A DNA stretch of 64,000 nt from Candidatus Dormiibacterota bacterium (GTDB taxonomy: Bacteria > Chloroflexota > Dormibacteria > Aeolococcales > Aeolococcaceae): positions 1,248,001 to 1,312,000 of the forward strand of contig OY970355.1 in assembly GCA_963718525.1 (NCBI GenBank), given 5' to 3'. The notes under the pieces were generated by a model. That model saw nothing but the letters and a program-made list of their open reading frames with translations, did not search any database and was not told where the DNA came from. The translations under genes and the position numbers were made by a program. Positions 51,161-61,190 of this stretch are shown here, in pieces; positions within the stretch are counted from its first letter, which is position 1; every line of letters starts with the position of its first letter.

Positions 51161-52540
51161 ATGCCGTCGCCACGCTTCGCGGTCCGGTCCTTGCTCGCGC
51201 CTCCGACGGATGGTGCTGGGGGGCGCATCGCGATCGCCGGCATCGCCGGAATCCTGCTCACCGCGCCGCTTTCAATGCAGCAGGCTGTCGCGCCGTATCC
51301 GGTGCTCAGCTGGCTGCTCACCGGCTGCGGGGCTGTGCTTGCGGTCGCCAGCCTCCGCGCGTCGTGGTCGCCCCGCGCAGCCGTGACGCGTGGCGCGCTC
51401 GGCCTCCTGGTCGTCTTCTGCGCGGTATCCGGGGTGCTCGGCATCTCGCAGACGGTATCGAGCCTCCGGCAATCAGACCAGCAACTGGTCTGCCGCGACG
51501 ACGTGGCTCCAGACACGGTCGTCGGCGGACAGGAGGTGCTCAGCGGCGCTGACCCGTACACGTCGTTCAACCTGCTCACCGCGGAGCGCGCTCTCGGGTG
51601 TCCGAGCTACTCGGTAACCCCCCTGCATTCCGGCATCTTCGCCTCCTTCACCTCGCTCCCGACGGCAGCGCAGATCGACCGCGCCGCGGAGGCGACCCTG
51701 CAGGGAAGCAGCACCGGCGGTTTGCTCGTCGGCTTCAACTACCCGGCCGGGACGGCACTGCTCGGTGTCCTGGGTCCGCATGCGCTGGTGTTCATCTCGC
51801 CTCTGGTGCTGCTGCTCGCGGGGCTTGTCGTCGTGCGGCGGGCGCCGCCGCCCATGCGCCGTCCAATGATTCTCGCGCTCGGCGCGCAGGCGGGCTTGCT
51901 CGGCATCATCGGCGCAGCGCAAGCCGACGCCGTGGTAGCAGCGCTTCTCGTGATCGCGATCAGCAGCCGGCTCGGATGGGCGATGGGCATTGCACTGGGT
52001 GTGGCGTGCGCAATCAAGCAGACCGCGTGGTTCGTTGCCCCCGCGCTCCTCATCCTGGCATTGCGCGGGGGCAGGACTCGCGATCTCAGGTATCCGGCAG
52101 GCGCATTGCTCGGCTTCGCGGCGCTGAACGTTCCGTTCATCGCGGCCGGTCCTTCGGCGTGGATCACCGGCATCCTTCGCCCGCAACTGCAACCGGTGTT
52201 CCCGTTCGGTTTCGGACCCGGTGCGTTCGTACCGGCGGGGAGCAGCGCTGCCCTCGTCTTCTCGGTTCTGATGATCCTGGCCGTCATGGCGGGATGCGTC
52301 TGGTGCGCCGTCGCTCCCCGGCGATGGGCACCCGCGGGGATCATCGTTTCCAGCCTCGGACTGTGGGTCGGTCCGCGCAGCCTCGGCAACTATGTCGCGC
52401 TGCTCGGCGTGATCGCCGTCTGCGCTGTTGCCGGCTCGGCAGTCACACGGTCGGCACCCGTCCGAGCATCGCTTCGAGCAGGGCTGCAGTGGTTTCGTGT
52501 GGTAGCCCCGGCAGGAATCGAACCTGCGCACAAGGTTTAG
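51161..52540 (+). CDS. Polytopic membrane protein, probable GT-C glycosyltransferase
   Basis: G.DPY, FNYP.G, KQ.AW, LNVPF. The 3' end overlaps tRNA-Arg on the opposite strand. Confidence 0.6.
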   Translation: MPSPRFAVRSLLAPPTDGAGGRIAIAGIAGILLTAPLSMQQAVAPYPVLSWLLTGCGAVLAVASLRASWSPRAAVTRGALGLLVVFCAVSGVLGISQTVSSLRQSDQQLVCRDDVAPDTVVGGQEVLSGADPYTSFNLLTAERALGCPSYSVTPLHSGIFASFTSLPTAAQIDRAAEATLQGSSTGGLLVGFNYPAGTALLGVLGPHALVFISPLVLLLAGLVVVRRAPPPMRRPMILALGAQAGLLGIIGAAQADAVVAALLVIAISSRLGWAMGIALGVACAIKQTAWFVAPALLILALRGGRTRDLRYPAGALLGFAALNVPFIAAGPSAWITGILRPQLQPVFPFGFGPGAFVPAGSSAALVFSVLMILAVMAGCVWCAVAPRRWAPAGIIVSSLGLWVGPRSLGNYVALLGVIAVCAVAGSAVTRSAPVRASLRAGLQWFRVVAPAGIEPAHKV

Positions 52541-52574
52541 GAAACCTCTGCTCTATCCACTGAGCTACGGGGCC
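52500..52574 (-). tRNA. tRNA-Arg (anticodon CCT), CCA encoded
   Basis: GGCCCCGTAGCTCAGTGGATAGAGCA-GAGGT-TTCCTAA-ACCTT-...GGTTCGATTCC-TGCCGGGGCTACCA cloverleaf. Confidence 0.95.
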
Positions 52575-52756
52575 TCAAGAGGTTTTCCGAACTCAAGGCG
52601 ACTGTGTCCCGCCATTTGTACCACCATCAGACAGCAGTGCTCAGGACGGGTGGACGGGGTGCGGAGACCGGCAGCCGGTCGCGCACGCCATGATTGTGTC
52701 GAGATGTTGCGTCGCCGTCATCGCGCGCCAGCCGGCAGCGCGCAGAGTGGAAGCTC

Positions 52757-53371
52757 GTGAGCGAGATTGAGGTTTCCCCGCCTGACAGCTCCCCAATGGT
52801 TCATTCGACGGCGGATATCGAGCGTGGGGTCACGATCGGGTTGCGCACTCGGATTTGGGCTCGATCACACCTCCGCAGAGGCGCCTCCGTCGGAGATGAT
52901 TGCGTCATTGGCGAGAACGTCCTCATCGATCTCGATGTGCAGATCGGCAGCCGTTGCAAGATTCAGAGCAATGCCCTTCTCTACCACGGCACGGTGCTCG
53001 AGGACGAGGTATTCGTCGGACCGGCCGCATGCTTCACCAATGATCGCTATCCTCGCGCGGCAACCCCGGACGGGCAACTCAAGGACGATTCGGACTGGGT
53101 GGTCTCAGGGGTGATGGTCGAGCGTGGAGCCGCCATTGGCGCGCATGCGGTGGTGGTTGGTGGGGTCCGCCTCGGTGCATGGTCGATGGTCGGCTCCGGG
53201 GCGGTGGTGACACGCAGCGTGCCTGCTCATGCAATCGTCGTGGGCAACCCGGCTCGACGCATCGGATGGGCGTGTCGGTGCGGTCACCCCCTTGACGCAG
53301 CGCTCGTGTGCGCCACCTGTGGTACCCGCCACGCCCTGGTCGGCGACACCGTAACGGTCGTTGTAACTTGA
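52757..53371 (+). CDS. Hexapeptide-repeat sugar N-acetyltransferase (WbpD/WxcM-like) with C-terminal Cys cluster
   Basis: IG..CKIQ, VFVGP...FTND.YPR, GAVVT, GNPAR..GW.C.CG, CxxC. Confidence 0.85.
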   Translation: MSEIEVSPPDSSPMVHSTADIERGVTIGLRTRIWARSHLRRGASVGDDCVIGENVLIDLDVQIGSRCKIQSNALLYHGTVLEDEVFVGPAACFTNDRYPRAATPDGQLKDDSDWVVSGVMVERGAAIGAHAVVVGGVRLGAWSMVGSGAVVTRSVPAHAIVVGNPARRIGWACRCGHPLDAALVCATCGTRHALVGDTVTVVVT

Positions 53372-53375
53372 CGAG

Positions 53376-53750
53376 GTGACCGCATTGGCCCCTCATGACC
53401 GTTTCGCGCTCAGTTTCGACCTCGAGGCGCGCGACTGGCTGAGCAGGCATCAAAAGGCGTCGCGCCTGTACATCGCATTCATGTCGTCACGAGCGTGCTG
53501 TTCCGGCGCTCAAGTATGTGATGTCCGCGTGCGCGTCGAGGCCACAACGTCGCAACCCGCAATTCGGAGCGCTTCCTGGATCACGCTGGGGTCGGTGCAC
53601 GGATATGAGGTGATGCTGGATTCGCGTCTCGCGGATCGTATGCCCAGCCAGATTCGGTTTACCAAGCGGGGAGTCGGTCCCTTCCAGCGTCTCGATCTCG
53701 ACTTCAGCGGTGAGCAGTGGGCCGACATGCTCTACCCGGTCGCGCGCTGA
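53376..53750 (+). CDS. Hypothetical protein with vicinal CC motif (HesB-like)
   Basis: LSFDLEARDWL...LYI....ACCSG; GAGG upstream of the GTG. Confidence 0.5.
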   Translation: MTALAPHDRFALSFDLEARDWLSRHQKASRLYIAFMSSRACCSGAQVCDVRVRVEATTSQPAIRSASWITLGSVHGYEVMLDSRLADRMPSQIRFTKRGVGPFQRLDLDFSGEQWADMLYPVAR

Positions 53751-53776
53751 CGCGCGATATCGCGGGAATAAGACCG

Positions 53777-53851
53777 TCGGGAAGGGGAGATTCGAACTCC
53801 CGACCTCACGGTCCCGAACCGTGCACTCTAACCTGGCTGAGCTACTTCCCG
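53777..53851 (-). tRNA. tRNA-Pro (anticodon CGG), CCA not encoded
   Basis: CGGGAAGTAGCTCAGCCAGGTTAGAGTG-CACGG-TTCGGGA-CCGTG-AGGTCGGGAGTTCGAATCTCCCCTTCCCGA. Confidence 0.95.
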
Positions 53852-53971
53852 GTGCCCGGCCCGGATGATACCACCCGCCTCAACGAGCCCTGGAAACGCG
53901 CCGACATCGTCGCCGCGGGAATCGCATACTGAAGCCATCGCGCGGTGCCGCCGCGCCAGGAGTCCAGGCAT

Positions 53972-54562
53972 ATGGGTCGCATCACCATCGACATGACCAT
54001 CAATGCTCCCGTGACCACAGTGTTCGCATATGTCGACGACTATCGCAACACCACCAGATACATGAAGGACCTGGTCAAGTGGCAACCAACAGGCAAGGTC
54101 ACTCACGGAAAGGGCGCGCGGTTCGATGTCGGCATGAAGGCAGGCCCGACCACGCTCAGCTCTGTCGTCGACATCACCACGTGGACCGAGAACAAGGCGA
54201 TCGGGTGGCGGTCCAATGAAGGTTTCAAACAGATCGGGACATGGGCGTTCGCGCCCAAGGGTGAGAAGACGCAGGTGACGTTCGACATGGAGTACGAGTT
54301 CGGCGGCGGGATCGCCGGCAAGTTGCTGGGCCGCGCGGCCGAACCCATCGTGCGGGGCAATCTGCAGCGATCCGTCGAGACGCTGAAGTTGCACACGGAG
54401 AAGCTCGCCGGACCACGTTCAACGGGGAAAGCGGCACCGAAGGCCACCACAAAACCTGCAACAAAGGCTGCGACGCGGGCCGCCGGAAGCACCACAAAAT
54501 CTGCAACAAAGCCAGGCACACAGCCAAGATCGAGGGCGAAGAAGCCGTCAAGAAACGCTTAG
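53972..54562 (+). CDS. SRPBCC/START-domain protein with Lys/Ala/Thr-rich tail
   Basis: I.AP...VF.YVDD, G.W.F.P, L..LK...E; tail KAAPKATTKPATKA. Confidence 0.8.
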   Translation: MGRITIDMTINAPVTTVFAYVDDYRNTTRYMKDLVKWQPTGKVTHGKGARFDVGMKAGPTTLSSVVDITTWTENKAIGWRSNEGFKQIGTWAFAPKGEKTQVTFDMEYEFGGGIAGKLLGRAAEPIVRGNLQRSVETLKLHTEKLAGPRSTGKAAPKATTKPATKAATRAAGSTTKSATKPGTQPRSRAKKPSRNA

Positions 54563-54607
54563 AATGAGTTCGTTCCCGGCGCAGCCGCCCGGGCGAGGAG
54601 CGAGAAC

Positions 54608-55525
54608 ATGACGAGCGACAAGACTGCAGCCAACGGACACGAGCCGCATACCGGCGGCGTGCGGGTGAAGCGCGGCCTTGCCGAGATGCTGAAAGGCGGC
54701 GTCATCATGGACGTCGTCACAGCCGAGCAGGCCAGGATCGCCGAGGATGCAGGCGCTGTCGCGGTCATGGCGCTCGAGCGCGTCCCGTCCGACATCCGTC
54801 GCGACGGCGGCGTGGCGCGGATGAGCGACGTCACCCTCATCAAGGAAATCATCGCGGCGGTGACGATTCCGGTGATGGCGAAGGCGCGCATCGGACACTT
54901 CGTCGAGGCGCAGGTGCTGCAATCCCTCGGAGTCGATTACATCGACAAGTCCGAGGTGTTGACTCCGGCTGACGAGGAGCACCACATCGACAAGTGGCAG
55001 TTCGACGTACCGTTCGTCTGCGGAGCGCGGGATCTCGGCGAGGCGCTGCGGCGCATCGGCGAAGGCGCGGCGATGATCCGCACCAAGGGCGAGGCTGGGA
55101 CCGGCAACGTGGTCGAGGCGGTGCGCCACATGCGCGCAGTGCAGGGTGGCATCCGCCGCATCGCCTCGATGCGTCCCGAGGAGTTGATGGCCGAGGCCAA
55201 GCACCTCGGCGCACCCTTCGACCTCGTCCAGGAGATTCATCGCACCGGGAAGCTCCCGGTTGTGAATTTCTCGGCCGGCGGGATCGCCACTCCGGCTGAT
55301 GCGGCGCTGATGATGCAGCTCGGATGCGACGGCAACTTCGTCGGCAGCGGCATCTTCAAGAGCACCGATCCCCCAGCCTATGCGAAGGCAATCGTCGCCG
55401 CGACGACGTACTTCGACAAACCCGAGGTCATTGCCGAGGTGAGCGCCGGCCTGGGCAAGGCGATGCCTGGGCTCGACGTGGCATCGATGCCGGCCGGCGA
55501 GCTGCTCGCAAGCCGGGGCTGGTAG
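54608..55525 (+). CDS. pdxS: Pyridoxal 5'-phosphate synthase, lyase subunit
   Basis: [59 protein letters not shown]. Confidence 0.97.
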   Translation: MTSDKTAANGHEPHTGGVRVKRGLAEMLKGGVIMDVVTAEQARIAEDAGAVAVMALERVPSDIRRDGGVARMSDVTLIKEIIAAVTIPVMAKARIGHFVEAQVLQSLGVDYIDKSEVLTPADEEHHIDKWQFDVPFVCGARDLGEALRRIGEGAAMIRTKGEAGTGNVVEAVRHMRAVQGGIRRIASMRPEELMAEAKHLGAPFDLVQEIHRTGKLPVVNFSAGGIATPADAALMMQLGCDGNFVGSGIFKSTDPPAYAKAIVAATTYFDKPEVIAEVSAGLGKAMPGLDVASMPAGELLASRGW

Positions 55526-55622
55526 GGCTCCGCGGTCTGCCCGGCGGCGTACACTAAAGCCGTGCGAATGACGCGAAGCCTGCCCCGCCAGGGACGGAGC
55601 GCGAGCGTCCGCTGAGAGGGAG

Positions 55623-56228
55623 TTGACCATCCTTCGGGTAGGCGTCCTCGCCCTGCAGGGCGACGTCCGGGAACACCTGACGGCACTTCGTGGCTGTGGC
55701 GCGGAGGCTTCCACCGTGCGGACGCCAGCTGAGCTGGATGCTGTCGATGCGCTCGTGCTTCCGGGTGGCGAGTCGACGACGATGAGCCGGCTGCTCCAGG
55801 TGTTCGACCTCGAGATGCCGCTCCGCGAGCGCCTGGCCGCCGGAATGCCCACGCTATCGACGTGCGCCGGGCTGATCCTGATGAGCCGCGACGTGCTCGA
55901 CGGCCGGCCCGATCAGATCGCACTTGGGGTGCTTGATCTCGGCGTCAGGCGCAATGGGTATGGACGGCAGGTCAACTCGTTCGAGGCCGACCTTCCGGTT
56001 GCGCCGCTGGGCGTCGCTCCGTTTCACGCAGTCTTCATCCGAGCGCCCTTGATCGTGCGCACCGGCCCGGAGGCGGAGGTTGTTGCCACCTTCGGCGACA
56101 ACGCCGTTGCGGTCGTGCAGGGACCCCATATCGGTCTCTGCTTCCACCCCGAGATGACCGACGACTCCCGGCTGCATCAGCTGTTCCTGGAGCGCGCGGC
56201 CGCTGCGCTGGAGGTCAACGCCGCGTGA
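55623..56228 (+). CDS. pdxT: Pyridoxal 5'-phosphate synthase, glutaminase subunit
   Basis: GVLALQGD, LPGGESTT, TCAG, RN.YGRQ, FIRAP, FHPE. Confidence 0.96.
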   Translation: MTILRVGVLALQGDVREHLTALRGCGAEASTVRTPAELDAVDALVLPGGESTTMSRLLQVFDLEMPLRERLAAGMPTLSTCAGLILMSRDVLDGRPDQIALGVLDLGVRRNGYGRQVNSFEADLPVAPLGVAPFHAVFIRAPLIVRTGPEAEVVATFGDNAVAVVQGPHIGLCFHPEMTDDSRLHQLFLERAAAALEVNAA

Positions 56229-57319
56229 TCATCCGCTCGGCATCCTTTCGCGACCTCGCACGGATCGAGCAGCTGTACCGGGAAGCCACTGAGGACGAGC
56301 GCCACGGGGCGCAGATGACCCCTGACAGTCCAGTGCCTCAGGCGACGCTGATGCGCCTGTGGCAGGCGGTCACGAAATCGCTCTCCTCGTTGGTTCCGAT
56401 CACCGATGTTTCGGAGGAGATGCTCGTCGCCGAGGATGCGAAGGAGGGGGTTGTCGGTTTCGTGCAGGTGCAGTCGCTGTCGGTGCGACCGCGCTCGTGG
56501 CAGATCCTCAACCTGTGCACGTCGACGACAGCGCACGGCCACTTCGCGCGGGCCGAGCTGCTCGACGGAGTGCGCAACCGAGGTCTCGAGCACGGTGTGC
56601 AGCGCGTCCACGTGCGTCTGCCCCTCGACCATCCACTGCTCCCCGTCTTTCTCGAGCACGGATTCACGCAGTTCGCCACCGAGCAGATCCTCTATCGCGA
56701 CCAGGCGGCGGCCGACCCCGAACCAGCGGTGAAGTCGGTCCTGATCCGTCCTGCACGGCGAGATGACATCGCTGCGATCTACCTGCTCTACCTGCGCACC
56801 ACGCCTTCGCAGGTCGCCGCCGTCGAGGGGCCGTCGCTCAAGACGTGGCAAGCGGGATACGCGCAGGGCCTCATCGCCGCCCTCGGTCGCGACAGCGTGC
56901 GCCACCTGGTCGTCGAACGTCCCGGCATCGTTGCGTGGGCGGCGATCAGGCAGCCGACAGCGGCACAGCCGGCGGGTCTCAGCATGATGTGTGAGGGCCA
57001 TGATCCCGCGTTGCGTGACGCAATCATCGACGCGGTGCTCGCAGAGCTGCCGTCAGGACCCGCTTCCTGCGTGCTCCGCCACTATGACTCCGAGCTCATC
57101 CGTGCGCTGCAGCAACGCGGATTCGCGGTGTACGGCACGCAGCTGCTGCTGATCAGTGAGCTTGGTGAAAAGGTGCGCATCAACGCGCCGACGCGGCGCA
57201 AGAAGCCGGTCCTCGTGCACGCCGGGATCGCCCGCAGCGTTCCGTCACCAAGCCCGTCGGTTCCACTCCGCGTCTTGTCAACGACCACACCGAGGAGACA
57301 GAGATCGTCGCTCAGATGA
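56225..57319 (+). CDS. Tandem GNAT-fold protein
   Basis: Two IR.A...D...I..LY starts, VVGF, F...GF and L...GF motifs. Confidence 0.6.
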   Translation: MIIRSASFRDLARIEQLYREATEDERHGAQMTPDSPVPQATLMRLWQAVTKSLSSLVPITDVSEEMLVAEDAKEGVVGFVQVQSLSVRPRSWQILNLCTSTTAHGHFARAELLDGVRNRGLEHGVQRVHVRLPLDHPLLPVFLEHGFTQFATEQILYRDQAAADPEPAVKSVLIRPARRDDIAAIYLLYLRTTPSQVAAVEGPSLKTWQAGYAQGLIAALGRDSVRHLVVERPGIVAWAAIRQPTAAQPAGLSMMCEGHDPALRDAIIDAVLAELPSGPASCVLRHYDSELIRALQQRGFAVYGTQLLLISELGEKVRINAPTRRKKPVLVHAGIARSVPSPSPSVPLRVLSTTTPRRQRSSLR

Positions 57320-58980
57320 TGCCCTACGGATCCTCGTGGGAAGAGGAGCTCAACCTGCTGTTCGCAGCGCTCCCGCCCCGCATCGCCGCCGCCGCGCAAC
57401 GTCTCTCGCAGGGACGGGGCGACCTCCTCGAGGTGGTGCTCGACCTCGGCCGTGAGCCCGAGGCGAGGTTCACCGACGGTGAGGCGATCCTCAACTCCGC
57501 CAACGTCGGCAACGCCGAGATCGACTACGTGACCGAGCACGTCGGCCTCTTCGGTGATGACAACCGGGCGGGCATCGAGCGCACGTTGCACCGGATCAGC
57601 GCGATTCGCAACCGCAAGGGGAACATCGTGGGACTGACCTGCCGGGTGGGCCGCGCGGTCACCGGAACCATTGACATCATCAAGGACATGGTCATCAGCG
57701 GCCAGTCGATCCTGCTGCTCGGACCTCCGGGTATCGGCAAGACGACGATGCTGCGCGAATGCGCGCGCGTGCTCAGTGACGAGTGCGGCAAGCGCGTGGT
57801 CATCGTCGACACGTCGAACGAGATCGCCGGCGATGGGGACATCCCGCACCCGGGCATCGGGCGTTCGCGCCGGATGCAGGTTCGGACACCGGCGCTCCAG
57901 CACGCGGTGATGATCGAGGCGGTCGAGAACCACATGCCGCAATGCATCGTCATCGACGAGATCGGCACCGAGCTCGAGGCGGTCGCGGCCCGGACGATCG
58001 CCGAGCGTGGCGTGCAACTGGTAGGTACGGCCCACGGGTCCAACATCGATTCCCTGCTCGTGAACCCGACGCTCAACGATCTCCTTGGCGGGATCCAGAC
58101 GGTGACGCTGTCGGACGAAGAGGCGCGCCGCCGCGGCACGCAGAAGTCGGTGCTCGAGCGCAAGTCTCCGCCGACGTTCGACGTGCTCATCGAGATCCAG
58201 GAGCGCGACCGGGTGGTCGTGCACGCGCCGCTCGCGGAGACGGTCGACGAGGCGCTGCGCGGCCGGGTTCGCCCTCCGCAATTGCGAACCCGCGACGACA
58301 CCGGCGCAATCGTCAGCCGGGTCGACACGAGCGCGGCAGCGACGCGTCCATCGCCGTTCGAGCCGGCACCCTTCCCAGGCGGCGGACGTGGTGGGAGGCG
58401 CACTCGCGAGCGACGGCGGCGCTTCGATGTCGACGAGTACATCGCCGGGCAGCAGCGCCGCGAACGGGAGTGGGAGCCACCCGCTCCGTCGGTTCGACCG
58501 GGTCCGCCGCTCTCGATCTTTCCCTACGGGGTCTCGCGCAGTTATCTCGAGCAGTCACTTCGGGAGATGCGTCTGCCCGTTCGCATCCAGCATCACGTCG
58601 ACGATGCCGACCTCGTGCTGACCTTGAAGAACTACTACCGCCGCCACGATTCGCCGGTACGCGCCGCGGAGTCCTCGGGCATCCCGATCCATGTGCTCCG
58701 CAGCAACACGGTTGCGCAGATTAAGGGTGCGCTCGCTCGTGTGTACGGCGTTGATGCTCCTGTGGAGACCGACACCGCCGATGACACCGAGCCGGCGATG
58801 CAGGATGTGCTCGAGGGGATCGAGCAGATGCAACGAACCGGTAACGACGTCGAGCTCACCCCGCAGAATGCGTACGTGCGCAGGCTCCAGCACCAGCTCG
58901 TGGAACAGCACGCGCTCACGGCACGCAGCACCGGTGACGAACCCAACCGAAAACTCGTCATACTTCGACCTTCGGAATGA
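57316..58980 (+). CDS. SpoIIIAA/Ycf45-like AAA ATPase with C-terminal R3H domain
   Basis: [53 protein letters not shown]. Confidence 0.9.
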   Translation: MMPYGSSWEEELNLLFAALPPRIAAAAQRLSQGRGDLLEVVLDLGREPEARFTDGEAILNSANVGNAEIDYVTEHVGLFGDDNRAGIERTLHRISAIRNRKGNIVGLTCRVGRAVTGTIDIIKDMVISGQSILLLGPPGIGKTTMLRECARVLSDECGKRVVIVDTSNEIAGDGDIPHPGIGRSRRMQVRTPALQHAVMIEAVENHMPQCIVIDEIGTELEAVAARTIAERGVQLVGTAHGSNIDSLLVNPTLNDLLGGIQTVTLSDEEARRRGTQKSVLERKSPPTFDVLIEIQERDRVVVHAPLAETVDEALRGRVRPPQLRTRDDTGAIVSRVDTSAAATRPSPFEPAPFPGGGRGGRRTRERRRRFDVDEYIAGQQRREREWEPPAPSVRPGPPLSIFPYGVSRSYLEQSLREMRLPVRIQHHVDDADLVLTLKNYYRRHDSPVRAAESSGIPIHVLRSNTVAQIKGALARVYGVDAPVETDTADDTEPAMQDVLEGIEQMQRTGNDVELTPQNAYVRRLQHQLVEQHALTARSTGDEPNRKLVILRPSE

Positions 58981-59732
58981 GCCGTTCGGGCAAGGGGCCC
59001 GACGGCGGGGGAGTAGTGATCCGTATGAGCGCATGGCGCGGTTTTTTCATCTCGTTCGAAGGACTTGATGGTGCGGGGAAGAGCACTCAGGTAGCAGCCC
59101 TTGCGGGTGCGCTGCGTCAGCAGGGCCACGACGTCGTGACGGTACGACCGGACGAGACGCCGCTCGGCGAGATCCTGCACAGCTTCGTGCTGCAGCACCA
59201 GCGAGGGCCGGCGCTCGAAGCCTGGGCTGAGGCGCTCCTGTTCACGGCCGAACGCGTGCAGCTGCTGCACGAAACCATTCTGCCCGCGCTGCGCCGCGGC
59301 GCTGTGGTGATCGCCGACCGCTATGCCGATTCGACGATCGCGTACCAGGGCGGCGGACGAGGGATCCCGACCGCAGACCTGCTCCGGCTTCACGCGGCCG
59401 CATGCGGTGACGTCTGGCCGGATCTCACCATCTACCTTGCAATCCCCGCATCGTCGGCGGCGCAGCGGCAGCGAGCGCAGCAGTTGCCGCTCGATCGCTT
59501 CGAGGTCGCACCCGAGACGTTCCACGCGGCAGTCGAGGCCGGGTTCGAACAGTTGGCTGCGCAGCATCCACGCAGATTCGTGCGCATCGACGCGACCCGA
59601 CCCGCGATCCTGGTGTCCCGCGATGTGGAGAAGGTCATCGTGCAGCGACTTCCGGCGCCGGCACCTGTGTCGCCCGCAAGGAATTCCGGCGGTTTCGAGT
59701 CCAGCCCCTACGGGAGCGCACCGGTCGGCTGA
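58977..59732 (+). CDS. tmk: Thymidylate kinase
   Basis: [38 protein letters not shown]. Confidence 0.93.
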   Translation: MSRSGKGPDGGGVVIRMSAWRGFFISFEGLDGAGKSTQVAALAGALRQQGHDVVTVRPDETPLGEILHSFVLQHQRGPALEAWAEALLFTAERVQLLHETILPALRRGAVVIADRYADSTIAYQGGGRGIPTADLLRLHAAACGDVWPDLTIYLAIPASSAAQRQRAQQLPLDRFEVAPETFHAAVEAGFEQLAAQHPRRFVRIDATRPAILVSRDVEKVIVQRLPAPAPVSPARNSGGFESSPYGSAPVG

Positions 59733-60382
59733 TCGCGACCTGGTTCGCCACCTCCGGTGCTGAGTACCACCTCCGCTGCCGGCACCACTCGCTCCACACG
59801 GCTCCCTGCGAGATGGACTCGCACTCCCGGGACCCCGGGAGCGCCCGGATCCCATCCGAGCGAGTGGAGTTCGCGAGCGTCACCCCATGTGCGTGCCATG
59901 CGCTGCTGACGGCCATCGGTGAACGTCATGGTCCCCGGCCGCGTCGCGAACCCGAACCCGACCTCGCCTCCTGTGGTGAGAAATGCCTGCAGGCCGGTCA
60001 GCGGCGTGGCGTCGTCGAAGAGGTCCTCGGCGCTTTCGAGCGCAGCCGCGAGGCTCGGCATGCCACCGGACTTCGCGGCCTCGCGGACCCCGGCTCGTTT
60101 CGCAACCTGCTGCGCGCGCTCGCGGCGGCGCCGCTCGGTGGCTAGCTCGGTCGCCCGAATGCGGATCTCACGCAGGTGCTGTTCGTATGGGGCCATGGCG
60201 GCGAGGGTCGCGCGTTCTGCTGCCTGCAAGTGGCCACCCAGTGCATCCAGGCCGTCGTCGCTCAACTCGTGGAGCGCGTCGGGCTCCACACGATCGCCGA
60301 GCGGGGGAAGCTCCACCTTCGGCACGATAGCGGCCTGCGTGTCCGTCGCGACGGGAGCGGGTCCATTTGCTCTACTACGCAC
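59708..60382 (-). CDS. Hypothetical protein with coiled-coil
   Basis: GC-consistent ORF filling the gap between tmk and the enoyl-CoA hydratase gene. Confidence 0.55.
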   Translation of the reverse strand: MRSRANGPAPVATDTQAAIVPKVELPPLGDRVEPDALHELSDDGLDALGGHLQAAERATLAAMAPYEQHLREIRIRATELATERRRRERAQQVAKRAGVREAAKSGGMPSLAAALESAEDLFDDATPLTGLQAFLTTGGEVGFGFATRPGTMTFTDGRQQRMARTWGDARELHSLGWDPGAPGVPGVRVHLAGSRVERVVPAAEVVLSTGGGEPGRDQPTGALP

Positions 60383-60416
60383 ACCGCCGTCATCGCGTCT
60401 GAGGGAGGCACAGCTC

Positions 60417-61190
60417 GTGGGTCAGGTTCTCCATGACGTCATTCGAGTCGAGCGGGAGGGCGCTGTCCTCACGCTCACCATCGACCACCCCCCGGCGAAT
60501 GCGGTCAACGGCGACGTCGTCAACGGCCTGGCGGAGGGGCTCGCGAGTGCGGAGGCCGACGAAACCATCCGCGCCCTGGTCATCACCGGCAGTGGACCGA
60601 AGTTCTTCTCGGCGGGGGCGGATATCAGTGGGTTTGGCGCCGGCGCTGACGCGATCGGCAAGGCAACCGACCTGACCGTTCGGATCGAGGCGTCGCGACT
60701 CCCGGTGATCGCCGCAGTGAACGGCATCGCGTTCGGAGGCGGCTGCGAGATCACCCTCGCGTGCGACGTGCGAATCGCAGCGCGAACGGCGCGCTTCGGT
60801 CAACCGGAGATCAAGCTCGGCATCATCCCGGGCTGGGGCGGAACCCAGCGGCTGCCGAGGCTGATCGGTACGGCCCGTGCCACCGAACTACTGCTCACCG
60901 GCGATCCGATCGACGCCAATCGTGCTCTCGAAATCGGATTGATCGCTGAGGTTGTCGAACCCGAGGAGCTTCCGGCCGCCGCCCAGCGCTGGGGTGCGCT
61001 GCTCGCCTCGCGAGCCCCACTTGCGCTGGCGGCAACCAAGCGCGCCATGCGTGCCGGCGCTCAACTGCCGATTGCCGACGCGCTCAAGGAAGAGCGGAGC
61101 GAGTTCGTGGCACTGTTCGCCACCGAGGATGCCCAGGAGGGCATCTCGGCGTTCATGCAGAAACGTCAGCCGGAGTGGAAGGCCCGATAG
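60417..61190 (+). CDS. Enoyl-CoA hydratase/crotonase
   Basis: PPANA, FSAGADI, AVNG.AFGGGCE, GQPEIKLGIIPG.GGTQRL. GGGAGG RBS. Confidence 0.93.
   Translation: MGQVLHDVIRVEREGAVLTLTIDHPPANAVNGDVVNGLAEGLASAEADETIRALVITGSGPKFFSAGADISGFGAGADAIGKATDLTVRIEASRLPVIAAVNGIAFGGGCEITLACDVRIAARTARFGQPEIKLGIIPGWGGTQRLPRLIGTARATELLLTGDPIDANRALEIGLIAEVVEPEELPAAAQRWGALLASRAPLALAATKRAMRAGAQLPIADALKEERSEFVALFATEDAQEGISAFMQKRQPEWKAR

Noticed and set aside
41550-58980. SpoIIM-like and SpoIIIAA-like genes as evidence of endospore formation
   Set aside because: Both families are widespread in non-sporulating bacteria; these are the MoxR-cluster and Ycf45/R3H types.
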